A DNA stretch of 64,000 nt from Candidatus Finniella inopinata. GTDB lineage: Bacteria > Pseudomonadota > Alphaproteobacteria > Paracaedibacterales > VGCI01. This document shows, in pieces, positions 45,336 to 55,752 of this stretch (its first letter is position 1; each line of letters opens with the position of its first letter). The position numbers and the translations under genes were made by a program. Location of the stretch: the NCBI GenBank assembly GCA_945877185.1, contig CAMCRD010000001.1, forward strand, positions 9,256 to 73,255, written 5' to 3'. The notes under the pieces were generated by a model. It was not told where the DNA came from, did no database searches, and was given only the letters and a program-made list of their open reading frames with translations.

Positions 45336-47134
45336 GCAACCTATCAACCATTCGAAATTTCTCGATTATTGCCCACATTGACCATGGAAAATCGACCCTC
45401 GCCGATCGTCTCATTGAATTTTGCGGTGCTCTTGAATCTCGCGAGATGAAGCAGCAAATCCTTGACTCCATGGATATTGAGCGGGAACGCGGCATTACCA
45501 TTAAAGCACAAACCGTACGCTTGACCTATAAAGCAAAAGACGGGCAAACTTACACTCTTAATCTGATGGATACGCCTGGACACGTGGACTTTGCCTACGA
45601 GGTGAGCCGATCATTGGCCGCTTGTGAGGGGTCGCTCTTGATCGTTGATGCCAGCCAAGGCGTCGAGGCACAAACTCTCGCAAACGTTTATCAAGCCATT
45701 GATAACAATCATGAGATAATCCCCATCCTTAATAAAATTGACTTACCCGCCGCCGAACCAGAGCGGGTGAAAGCTCAAATCGAGGATGTGATTGGATTAG
45801 ACGCCAGTGATGCCTTGCTAATTTCCGCCAAAACAGGAATTGGCATTGAAGATGTGCTTGAAGCCATCGTCGCGCGCTTACCTGCCCCAACAGGGGATCA
45901 GGCCGCCCCCTTAAAAGCAATGTTGGTCGATAGTTGGTACGATCCTTACCTCGGCGTGATGATTTTGGTGCGTATCAAAGAGGGTGTCCTCACCAAAGGC
46001 GCCAAGATTCGCATGATGGGGACAGGCGGAAGCTATGAGGTCGAGCGCGTTGGTTTTTTCACCCCCAAAAAGGTCATGGTGGATAAGCTCATGCCCGGCG
46101 AGGTTGGCTTTATCACCGCAAGCATCAAGCATGTGGCCGATTGTAAGGTTGGGGATACCATTACCGAAGAACGCCGTCCAACAGCGGAACCCTTGTCCGG
46201 ATTCAAACCATCCGTGCCTGTCGTCTTTTGCGGCTTGTTCCCTGTTGATGCCGCAGACTTTGACCATTTACGGGAAAGCCTCGGCCGATTACAACTCAAC
46301 GATGCCAGCTTCCAATTCGAAGCGGAAAGTTCAACAGCCCTTGGCTATGGATTTCGCTGCGGCTTCTTAGGCCTGCTCCATCTTGAAATCATTCAAGAAC
46401 GTCTCGAGCGGGAATTCGACCTGGACCTGATTACCACAGCTCCAAGCGTTGTTTATCGCTTGCATATGACCAATGGAACCATGATGGAACTCCATAATCC
46501 CTCGGACATGCCAGATGTCATGAAGATTGCCTCCATTGAAGAACCCTGGATTAAGGCCACAATCCTGGTGCCTGATACATATTTAGGATCTATCCTTACC
46601 TTATGTACAGAGCGCCGGGGTGAACAGATTGACCTCACTTATGCGGGTAACCGGGCCATGGTGGTGTATCGTCTGCCCTTAAACGAAGTTGTCTTTGACT
46701 TCTATGACCGGTTGAAATCTGTGAGCAAGGGCTACGCCTCTTTCGACTACCATCTGGATTGTTATAAAGAAAGTGATGTTGTCAAAGTCAATATTTTGGT
46801 GAATGCAGAACCTGTGGATGCATTATCTATGATCATCCACCGCGGACGTGCTGAAGCACGGGGACGCATTTTGTGTGAGCGTTTAAAAGATCTGATCCCA
46901 CGCCAATTGTTTAAGATCGCCATCCAAGCCGCCATTGGCGGAAAGGTTATTGCACGGGAAACCATTTCGGCCATGCGCAAAGACGTAACGGCCAAATGCT
47001 ACGGCGGTGATATCAGCCGGAAACGCAAGCTTTTGGATAAACAAAAAGCAGGTAAAAAGCGGATGCGCCAATTTGGGGAGGTCGAGATCCCTCAAAGCGC
47101 CTTTATTGCCGCGTTGAAGATGGGGGATGATTGA
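45332..47134 (+). CDS. lepA: translation elongation factor 4
   Basis: [33 protein letters not shown], and the LepA-specific C-terminal domain. ATGA overlap with the pheT stop. Confidence 0.95.
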   Translation: MSNLSTIRNFSIIAHIDHGKSTLADRLIEFCGALESREMKQQILDSMDIERERGITIKAQTVRLTYKAKDGQTYTLNLMDTPGHVDFAYEVSRSLAACEGSLLIVDASQGVEAQTLANVYQAIDNNHEIIPILNKIDLPAAEPERVKAQIEDVIGLDASDALLISAKTGIGIEDVLEAIVARLPAPTGDQAAPLKAMLVDSWYDPYLGVMILVRIKEGVLTKGAKIRMMGTGGSYEVERVGFFTPKKVMVDKLMPGEVGFITASIKHVADCKVGDTITEERRPTAEPLSGFKPSVPVVFCGLFPVDAADFDHLRESLGRLQLNDASFQFEAESSTALGYGFRCGFLGLLHLEIIQERLEREFDLDLITTAPSVVYRLHMTNGTMMELHNPSDMPDVMKIASIEEPWIKATILVPDTYLGSILTLCTERRGEQIDLTYAGNRAMVVYRLPLNEVVFDFYDRLKSVSKGYASFDYHLDCYKESDVVKVNILVNAEPVDALSMIIHRGRAEARGRILCERLKDLIPRQLFKIAIQAAIGGKVIARETISAMRKDVTAKCYGGDISRKRKLLDKQKAGKKRMRQFGEVEIPQSAFIAALKMGDD

Positions 47135-47159
47135 TGGAGAAACGTTGCTTATGGGCTGC

Positions 47160-47334
47160 TTTACCTCTCCCCTTGTGGGAGAGGTCGGCACGCAGCAAAG
47201 CGGCGTGGCGGGTGAGGGGTACTTTTCCTCACGATCTGAATGCGAAGAGAAAATATTCCGTTTGTTGCACCACACCCCTCACCCGTCTCTTCGCCAAGCT
47301 CATCGACGACCTCTCCCACAAGGGGAGAGGTAAA
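47160..47334. repeat. 175-bp nested palindromic element with perfect 28-bp terminal inverted repeats
   Basis: 47160..47187 (tttacctctccccttgtgggagaggtcg) is the exact reverse complement of 47307..47334. Each arm contains its own hairpin (cctctccc/gggagagg). A further internal inverted pair is gggtgaggggt (47210..47220) / acccctcaccc (47274..47284). The site is intergenic, between lepA and lgt. Confidence 0.85.
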
Positions 47335-47402
47335 AATACAATCCCTTGCATCCCATGTGATTCCTTAAGTTTCATAATTAACCCAAACATGAGACTCCCC
47401 CC

Positions 47403-48206
47403 ATGCTAACTTTCCCTCAAATTGACCCCGTTATGATCCACCTTGGGCCTTTTGCCGTTCATTGGTATGGCGTCGCCTATGTGGTGGGACTGTTGGTGGG
47501 GTGGCAATATGCGATTTGGCTCGCGAAACGCTTCGTCCCAACCATTACCAAAGCTCAGATCGATGACTTCATGATGTGGGCGCTAGCAGGTATCATTGTT
47601 GGAGGACGCTTAGGCCACATCTTATTTTTTGAATTAGACCGATACCTGGCACACCCTTTAGAAATTTTTATGACCTGGAAGGGCGGCATGTCCTTTCACG
47701 GCGGAATGCTGGGCGTCACCATTGCCTTTATTCTCTACTGCCGAAAGAAAAACATATCCCTCTTACGCTTTGCAGATATCTTTTCGGCCATCACGCCCAT
47801 CGGATTATTTTTAGGACGATTGGCCAATTTTATTAATGGGGAACTTTATGGGCGCGTAACCGATGCGCCGTGGGGAATGATCTTTCCTTATGGAGGACCT
47901 ATCCCGCGCCATCCCAGTCAACTCTATGAAGCTTTCCTTGAGGGGCTTGTCTTGCTGGTCATCCTCCATATAGGTTGGCGAATTGCTGCTGTACGCGATG
48001 TCCCGGGACGCCTGACGGGTATCTTTTTATTAGGCTATGGTATCGCGCGAACCCTCGTTGAGTTTGTCCGAGAACCCGAAGTGATGCATGTGATTTTTGG
48101 GCTCGATTTCACCATGGGACAATTGTTGTCCTTGCCGATGATTCTTGCAGGGGTCTATTTTATATGGCAGCCAAAATGGTGTCTCGCAAAGGTTCAATGT
48201 CATTAG
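47403..48206 (+). CDS. lgt: prolipoprotein diacylglyceryl transferase
   Basis: GPFAVHWYGVAY, GGMSFHGGMLG, LGRLANFINGELYGR, and HPSQLYEA. Confidence 0.9.
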   Translation: MLTFPQIDPVMIHLGPFAVHWYGVAYVVGLLVGWQYAIWLAKRFVPTITKAQIDDFMMWALAGIIVGGRLGHILFFELDRYLAHPLEIFMTWKGGMSFHGGMLGVTIAFILYCRKKNISLLRFADIFSAITPIGLFLGRLANFINGELYGRVTDAPWGMIFPYGGPIPRHPSQLYEAFLEGLVLLVILHIGWRIAAVRDVPGRLTGIFLLGYGIARTLVEFVREPEVMHVIFGLDFTMGQLLSLPMILAGVYFIWQPKWCLAKVQCH

Positions 48207-49252
48207 ACCATCGCATTCAAACTCAAATTGAAGCAACAGGGTCTTTGACGGTCTCTGAATTTATGGCATTGGCATTGTATGACCCAACAGATGGGTATTA
48301 TGCCAAAAAAATCCCTATTGGCCGCAGTGGCGACTACATAACGGCTCCAGAGATGACCCAGGTGTTTGGAGAAATTATTGCCCTTTGGTTCGTAGATCTC
48401 TGGCACCAAGCGGGTCACTCCCCTCTCTTTCATCTCGTCGAGATGGGGCCAGGACGTGGCACCTTGATGACCGATATTTTAAGAACTTTCCTTTCTTTGA
48501 AAATCCCCCTACCACAAGTTCACCTGGTGGAAATCAGCCCCTTGTTAAAGGAACTTCAGAAAGCAGCACTAACCCCCTTCTCTACCTCTATCTTTTGGCA
48601 CAATGACCTCACAACACTTCCTCAAGATCAAGGTTTTTGCATGATGGTCGCCAATGAATTTTGGGATGCTCTGCCCATCCAACAGTTCACAAAGATGAAT
48701 GAAGAGTGGGTTGAGCGGCACGTTGGAAAGAATGACAACCAACTAATCTTTTTACCTGAAGAATCAACGCCAATTCACGAAGTTTGCCCCGATATGCCCC
48801 ATTTGGTCACGCAAATTTCTAATCATCTCAAAGCATCTCAGGGAGCTGCCCTTTTCCTCGATTATGGATATGATCAACCTGACGCGGCTGGTGATACCTT
48901 ACAGGCCCTCTCACATCACAAACCACAGTCATCTTTAGTCAATGTGGGGCAAGCAGACCTCACCCATCACGTTGATTTTTATAGGCTAAAAAAGTTATTT
49001 GAGGATGCTGACCTAAAGGTTCATGGGCCTATGCCCCAAGGAGAGTTTTTAAAAGAACTCGGGCTTGAAATACGTACCGAACAATTATGTGAGCGAGCCA
49101 ACCCTGATCAGCGCGGAACCTTAAGAACCGCTGCGGTACGCCTAGCTCATCCCTCTCATATGGGCACTCTGTTCAAAGCGATGTGTGTGGTAGATAATGC
49201 GTCTCTTCGACCGGCAGGGTTTAATAATAACCTTACCTTGCTCGTATCCTGA
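48197..49252 (+). CDS. class I SAM-dependent methyltransferase, MidA/NDUFAF7 (DUF185) family
   Basis: YDPTDGYYAKK..IGRSGDYITAPEMTQVFGE and VEMGPGRGTLM. The start is taken at the ATG at 48197 (10-nt overlap with lgt), and ATGs at 48164/48176 are alternatives. Confidence 0.7.
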   Translation: MSLDHRIQTQIEATGSLTVSEFMALALYDPTDGYYAKKIPIGRSGDYITAPEMTQVFGEIIALWFVDLWHQAGHSPLFHLVEMGPGRGTLMTDILRTFLSLKIPLPQVHLVEISPLLKELQKAALTPFSTSIFWHNDLTTLPQDQGFCMMVANEFWDALPIQQFTKMNEEWVERHVGKNDNQLIFLPEESTPIHEVCPDMPHLVTQISNHLKASQGAALFLDYGYDQPDAAGDTLQALSHHKPQSSLVNVGQADLTHHVDFYRLKKLFEDADLKVHGPMPQGEFLKELGLEIRTEQLCERANPDQRGTLRTAAVRLAHPSHMGTLFKAMCVVDNASLRPAGFNNNLTLLVS

Positions 49253-49395
49253 AGGATTTAATAGGTTTTTTCACATTTTTATCTTATTTGACATTTTTTG
49301 TCTCATTCCACATTTTTTGTGTTAAGTATATTGTCAGGTAGAATGAGCGTAAGATTTACACTCATTATAAATTTTGGCATGGAGACCTTTACAAA

Positions 49396-49668
49396 ATGAC
49401 TGCTCTGTTAATTATTCATATTTTTATCACACTTGCCATGATTGGCGTTATCTTAATGCAACGCAGCGAGGGCGGTGGCCTTGGCATGGGTGGCGGCGCC
49501 TCCAGCAGCATGTTCAGCGCCCGTGGTACCTCAAACCTCCTCACCCGTGTAACGGCTGTACTCGCTGCACTATTTATGGGCAATTGCTTGTTAATGGGGA
49601 TTATTTCCAAACACCATGTGAAGGAAACAACCTCCATCCTTGCACCCATACCGGACCAAAAAAAATAA
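49396..49668 (+). CDS. secG: preprotein translocase subunit SecG
   Basis: 90 aa with two TM segments and the Gly-rich loop LMQRSEGGGLGMGGGASSSMFSARG. It lies immediately upstream of pyrG, as in many proteobacteria. Confidence 0.85.
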   Translation: MTALLIIHIFITLAMIGVILMQRSEGGGLGMGGGASSSMFSARGTSNLLTRVTAVLAALFMGNCLLMGIISKHHVKETTSILAPIPDQKK

Positions 49669-49696
49669 ACCATCTTGGTAAACTCAGAGGTTCCTT

Positions 49697-51319
49697 TTGA
49701 CAAAATTTATTTTTGTAACTGGCGGTGTTGTTTCTTCTTTAGGAAAAGGCATCGCTGCTGCTTCTTTGGGGGCTTTACTCCAAGCCCGTGGGTACTCTGT
49801 ACGTTTACGCAAACTTGATCCTTACCTTAACGTTGACCCGGGCACCATGAGCCCCTTTCAACATGGGGAGGTGTATGTTACCGAAGATGGCACGGAAACA
49901 GATTTAGACCTCGGCCATTATGAGCGTTTCACAGGTGTCTCTGCCCGGGCAAGTGATAGCACGACCACCGGCAAAATTTACTCTGCCGTTCTTGCTAAAG
50001 AGCGCCGGGGAGATTATCTCGGAGCCACTGTTCAAGTGGTTCCTCACATTATCGATGAGATTAAAGCCTTCATTACGGCTGACTTAACCGACGAAGATTT
50101 TATCATTTGCGAAATTGGGGGGACCGTTGGCGACATTGAGGGACTGCCATTTTTAGAAGCCATCCGGCAACTGAGCAACGATTTGGGGCGCGAAAATACC
50201 TTATTCATTCACCTAACGCTTCTTCCTTATATCGCAACGGCCGGTGAGTTGAAGACAAAACCCACTCAACACTCTGTTAGGGATCTCTTGAGTTTTGGAA
50301 TTCAACCCGACATTCTCCTATGCCGCTCTGACCGCCCGATCCCCGAAGACGCCAAACATAAACTCGGATTGTTTTGTAACGTGCGTCCAGAGCGGGTGAT
50401 TGAAGCCAAAGACATTGACACCATTTATCAAGTGCCCATGAGTTATCATCAAGAAGGTCTGGATTGGCAAGTCTGCCGTTACTTTGGCTTAAAAGCGAAC
50501 AATGACCTTGATCTCTCAAAATGGCACACCATTGTGAACCGCATCCACCATCCCGACGGCCAAGTCAATATCGCTATCGTAGGGAAGTATATATCCCTTT
50601 TAGATGCTTACAAATCTCTATCTGAAGCACTCATCCATGGGGGTATTGCCAACAACATTCGCGTAAAGCTTCATTGGGTTGATTCAGATAATCCCCAAAA
50701 TTTGCAAGATGAGTTGATCGGAATGCAAGGAGTTCTTGTTCCAGGGGGATTTGGCGAACGGGGCATTGAGGGAAAATTAAAGGCTATTCAAATTGCCCGA
50801 GAGAAAAAAATCCCTTATCTGGGCATTTGCTTTGGCATGCAGCTCGCGGTCATTGAGACTGCCCGAAATTTACTCGGCTTAAAAGAAGCTTCTTCAACGG
50901 AATTTGGCCCAACACCAGATCCAGTCATTGGGTTAATGACCGAATGGATGGATGGGAAAAATCTACAACAACGTTCTCAAGAGGGCGATCTAGGGGGAAC
51001 CATGCGCCTTGGTTCCTACCGGTGCAAATTACAAGAAGGCTCCCTTGCCCATAAAATTTATGGAAGCTCCTCTATTTATGAACGACATCGCCATCGTTAC
51101 GAAGTCAACGCAACCTATCATGACCAATTGAAAAATGTGGGACTACACTTTACAGGGTTATCTCCAGATGGGCAATTGCCGGAAATTATAGAGCATCAAA
51201 ATCATCCTTGGTTTGTGGGTGTTCAGTTCCATCCTGAATTAAAGTCTCGCCCTTTTGACCCCCATCCTTTATTTGTATCCTTTATAGAAGCAGCTATTCA
51301 TCAAGAAAGGTTAGTTTAA
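49697..51319 (+). CDS. pyrG: CTP synthase
   Basis: TTG start with an agagg [29 protein letters not shown], glutamine amidotransferase LGICFGMQ, and HRHRYEVN. Confidence 0.95.
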   Translation: MTKFIFVTGGVVSSLGKGIAAASLGALLQARGYSVRLRKLDPYLNVDPGTMSPFQHGEVYVTEDGTETDLDLGHYERFTGVSARASDSTTTGKIYSAVLAKERRGDYLGATVQVVPHIIDEIKAFITADLTDEDFIICEIGGTVGDIEGLPFLEAIRQLSNDLGRENTLFIHLTLLPYIATAGELKTKPTQHSVRDLLSFGIQPDILLCRSDRPIPEDAKHKLGLFCNVRPERVIEAKDIDTIYQVPMSYHQEGLDWQVCRYFGLKANNDLDLSKWHTIVNRIHHPDGQVNIAIVGKYISLLDAYKSLSEALIHGGIANNIRVKLHWVDSDNPQNLQDELIGMQGVLVPGGFGERGIEGKLKAIQIAREKKIPYLGICFGMQLAVIETARNLLGLKEASSTEFGPTPDPVIGLMTEWMDGKNLQQRSQEGDLGGTMRLGSYRCKLQEGSLAHKIYGSSSIYERHRHRYEVNATYHDQLKNVGLHFTGLSPDGQLPEIIEHQNHPWFVGVQFHPELKSRPFDPHPLFVSFIEAAIHQERLV

Positions 51320-51320
51320 T

Positions 51321-52157
51321 ATGAAAAAGCATGTCCAGGTCAGGAATATTACCATTGGCAACGATCTGCCCTTTGTTCTCATTGCAGGTCCGTGTGTTTT
51401 AGAAAGCCGTGAGCATGCGCTAGAGATGTCGGCCGCAATCAAAGAAATCACGGATCAGCTTGGTATTCCCTTTATTTACAAAACATCTTTTGATAAGGCA
51501 AACCGAACCAGTATTCAAGGACACCGTGGGATTGGAATGAAAGCCAGCCTACCCATTCTGGCTGAGGTTAAAGAGAAAATGGGTTGCCCGATTGTGACCG
51601 ATGTCCACTCAAGCGAACAATGTGCAATTGTTGCAGAAGTTGTTGATATTTTACAAATTCCTGCCTTTCTCTGCCGCCAGACAGATCTTTTGAAAGCTGC
51701 TGCTGAAACAGGAAAAGCCATTAACATCAAAAAAGGCCAGTTTTTGGCTCCCTGGGATATGGGTAATGTCGTTAAGAAGATGGAATCATTTGGAAGCTCA
51801 CAGCTTATGTTATGTGAACGGGGTGCTTCTTTTGGGTATAACACGCTGGTATCTGATATGCGCTCCCTCCCTATTATGGCCAAATTTGGCTATCCCATTG
51901 TTTTTGATGCAACCCACTCTGTACAGCAACCAGGCGGAGCTGGAGCCTCCACGGGCGGGGAACGCCAGTTTGTTCCTATATTAGCAAGAGCCGCCGTGTC
52001 CGTCGGTGTTGCCGCTGTCTTCATTGAAACGCATCAAGATCCCGACCATGCGCCCAGCGACGGCCCGAATATGGTTCGACTTCAAGATTTACCCCAGTTA
52101 TTATCAGAACTGAAGGAATTTGATCGACTCTCAAAAGCCTATCCGTGTGCCGCATAA
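51321..52157 (+). CDS. kdsA: 3-deoxy-8-phosphooctulonate synthase
   Basis: [45 protein letters not shown], and FDATHSVQ. Confidence 0.9.
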   Translation: MKKHVQVRNITIGNDLPFVLIAGPCVLESREHALEMSAAIKEITDQLGIPFIYKTSFDKANRTSIQGHRGIGMKASLPILAEVKEKMGCPIVTDVHSSEQCAIVAEVVDILQIPAFLCRQTDLLKAAAETGKAINIKKGQFLAPWDMGNVVKKMESFGSSQLMLCERGASFGYNTLVSDMRSLPIMAKFGYPIVFDATHSVQQPGGAGASTGGERQFVPILARAAVSVGVAAVFIETHQDPDHAPSDGPNMVRLQDLPQLLSELKEFDRLSKAYPCAA

Positions 52158-52172
52158 GTTTCAAAGGGGTAA

Positions 52173-53525
<1,353 letters not shown>

Positions 53526-53529
53526 GGGT

Positions 53530-53826
53530 ATGGATTTAACAGGTCGCCTCAACCACATTCTTGGCCCCCTCATCGCCCTTCTGGTGATGATTTACTTTGG
53601 CTATCATATTGTGCAAGGAGAGCGCGGTCTCTTTTCTTGGATGCGCTTGAGGCAAAAAATTGCCGAATCAGAACACCATCTGTCCGTGATTCAATCTGAA
53701 AAAGAAACCTTGGAACGCCAGGTTTATTTACTGCGTCCCGATAGTTTGGACCAAGACATGCTGGAAGAACGCGCCCGAAAGGTTCTCAATTGGGGCTATC
53801 CCGGAGAAGTTGTTATTTATGAGTGA
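53530..53826 (+). CDS. ftsB: septum formation initiator family protein (FtsB/DivIC-like)
   Basis: 98 aa from the ATG at 53530. It has one N-terminal TM (LGPLIALLVMIYFGYHIV) and then a coiled coil (..KIAESEHHLSVIQSEKETLERQVYLL). It follows eno, as is common. The ORF-track extension overlaps the eno 3' end. Confidence 0.7.
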   Translation: MDLTGRLNHILGPLIALLVMIYFGYHIVQGERGLFSWMRLRQKIAESEHHLSVIQSEKETLERQVYLLRPDSLDQDMLEERARKVLNWGYPGEVVIYE

Positions 53827-53876
53827 GGGTTCTTTGTCCGATCCCTCCCGAGCTATTCTGCAATAAGATCTATTCC

Positions 53877-55511
53877 TTAAGATGCAAGGCTCGGAAGTTG
53901 TATGCTTTCCATAGGTTCCTTCAAGCTCTCTTTGGGTGTATTCATTGGCGCCATCGCTTCCCCAAAAATAGCTAAGACTTGTACCAGGTCATAGCTTCCA
54001 ACCTTGATGCCTTCTTTGGTGAGTTGAATGTCAACAGATTGCTGGGACGCCCCAGATGGTTCCAAAATTTTACCCAGCACAGCGCGACTGCCTTTTATAT
54101 ATCCCATGATATTTTGAATTTCTTGGAAACCAATTTGAGAAAACGGTTGAGAAGCGCGCGTGGCATAGTTTTCTAGATCCGACATCAAAATCGTTGCATT
54201 TCGGGCGCTCAATTTGATAGACCCCCCATCGTTATTTAAAGCGCCTACAGCCTTAACATCATAAAGGTCGCTCGTAAATTCTAAAGATCCCTTCCCTTCT
54301 GTGAAGGACAATGTCACCGGAATATCAAGATCCATAGAAAATTGCATTTTCCCAAAGGATTGAAGTTGGGGCAGGGTATTTTTAGGAATGTCCTTATTCT
54401 TCAAGGAAGACATAAACTCTGGTGGCAGCTCTGCACCAGCCAAATTACCAACCATACTTTTAAAATAATCGTTCCAATAACTTGGCCATTGGTCAGTCGC
54501 CTTAAAGTCCCCTGATAGCTTTATAGGGAAAAAGTCTTTTGATCTTCCAATGCTTCCTTTCATTGAGCTTTGATATACTTTATTTTCCGTGGAATAATTT
54601 TTTATATCCAAGCGAATCCCCTCAGGAACTAATTTTTTTAAATCTGGAGAATCGACCTTGTTCACAGCATTTGCGTAAATAAGTTTAAGATCCTCAATAT
54701 AAGCCATGAAATCATTTACATGAAAAGAGGCACATATTTTTTGATCTTGTGGTCCAAGGACAGCTTGCATTTCTAGTTCATTAAGAATGCTCGTATTCAA
54801 AGCATCAAGCCCTTCCAATTTCCCTTTTAAACCCTTCTCAATTTTAAAAAACTGCATCTGAGAAATGTCAGAGGTAACAGAGATATCAGCAGCTTTCCCA
54901 TCCTGATCTAAAGAAAACTGTGACAGCGTATCTTTAATATCTAATAGTTTTTGATCGTTCAAAAGAAAAGAAAGCCCTTTTGAATTAGAAGAGACACCTT
55001 TAATATTATTAAAAGATAAAAATTGGTTTTTCCCAAAAAAATCATATTCTTTGCGCTGAATAACGAAGCTAGATTCTTTAGATTTTGGCATAACGATCAT
55101 CAGCTCAAGGGGACCTTCGACATTTAGTTGGGAGTCCCCATCTGTTTTGATGGTAACGGCATTGGCTATTGGAGAAAAACATGCCATGATTTCCCCTTTA
55201 ACTAAGATAGTCCCCTTCAACCCCTGCAAAGCCCCTAGGGTTTCTAACCCCTCTATGTCTTTTAAATGTTCCCTAAGATCCGGCATTGTCCCCGAAATCG
55301 TCGGATTAACCAGATGGGCCTTAAACAAATACTTTGATACACGAAGCGCATCATAAGCTAATGCAACATCATAAGTTTTGAGAGACTCTTGTATGTTGGT
55401 AAGCTGCTGCGTAATTGATTCCTCAAATAAGCTGGCTTGATAAATCCATGACCCACCAACGACCAAGGAAGGGACAATAATGGCTGTTGCCAAAAGTAAT
55501 TTCTTATTCAT
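53877..55511 (-). CDS. membrane-anchored hypothetical protein (AT-rich)
   Basis: 544 aa with a single N-terminal hydrophobic segment (MNKKLLLATAIIVPSLVVGGSWIY). No recognisable motif. It is divergent from the diguanylate cyclase gene. Confidence 0.6.
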   Translation of the reverse strand: MNKKLLLATAIIVPSLVVGGSWIYQASLFEESITQQLTNIQESLKTYDVALAYDALRVSKYLFKAHLVNPTISGTMPDLREHLKDIEGLETLGALQGLKGTILVKGEIMACFSPIANAVTIKTDGDSQLNVEGPLELMIVMPKSKESSFVIQRKEYDFFGKNQFLSFNNIKGVSSNSKGLSFLLNDQKLLDIKDTLSQFSLDQDGKAADISVTSDISQMQFFKIEKGLKGKLEGLDALNTSILNELEMQAVLGPQDQKICASFHVNDFMAYIEDLKLIYANAVNKVDSPDLKKLVPEGIRLDIKNYSTENKVYQSSMKGSIGRSKDFFPIKLSGDFKATDQWPSYWNDYFKSMVGNLAGAELPPEFMSSLKNKDIPKNTLPQLQSFGKMQFSMDLDIPVTLSFTEGKGSLEFTSDLYDVKAVGALNNDGGSIKLSARNATILMSDLENYATRASQPFSQIGFQEIQNIMGYIKGSRAVLGKILEPSGASQQSVDIQLTKEGIKVGSYDLVQVLAIFGEAMAPMNTPKESLKEPMESIQLPSLAS

Positions 55512-55752
55512 TATTTTCCAACACTATTTTAATGATATACCTTCTCGGGAATGACAAATACTATCCACCCCATCCATCCCTTGTCAAATTTAATTTTAGA
55601 GCTACCCCTCTTTATCAAAATTTAACCATTATAAGAGAAAATAAAAGTGCGGCTTACCATACAACCCTAAAGCTGCTTTGATAAATTATAGTGATTTAAT
55701 TGACAAAAATATCATTGATGATTTTTACAATGAGAAAGAATTTTGTGTGAAA

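Noticed and set aside
47127-47409. ORFs 47127..47333 (+), 47131..47409 (+) and 46883..47275 (-)
   Set aside because: They read through the 175-bp nested palindrome or overlap the lepA 3' end. They have no coding signature or RBS.
49265-49320. Three phased (c/g)acatttttt motifs and a TTGACA hexamer upstream of secG, considered as a promoter/UP element
   Set aside because: There is no convincing -10 hexamer at the right spacing, and such T-tracts are common in the AT-rich intergenic DNA here. The evidence is too weak to call.
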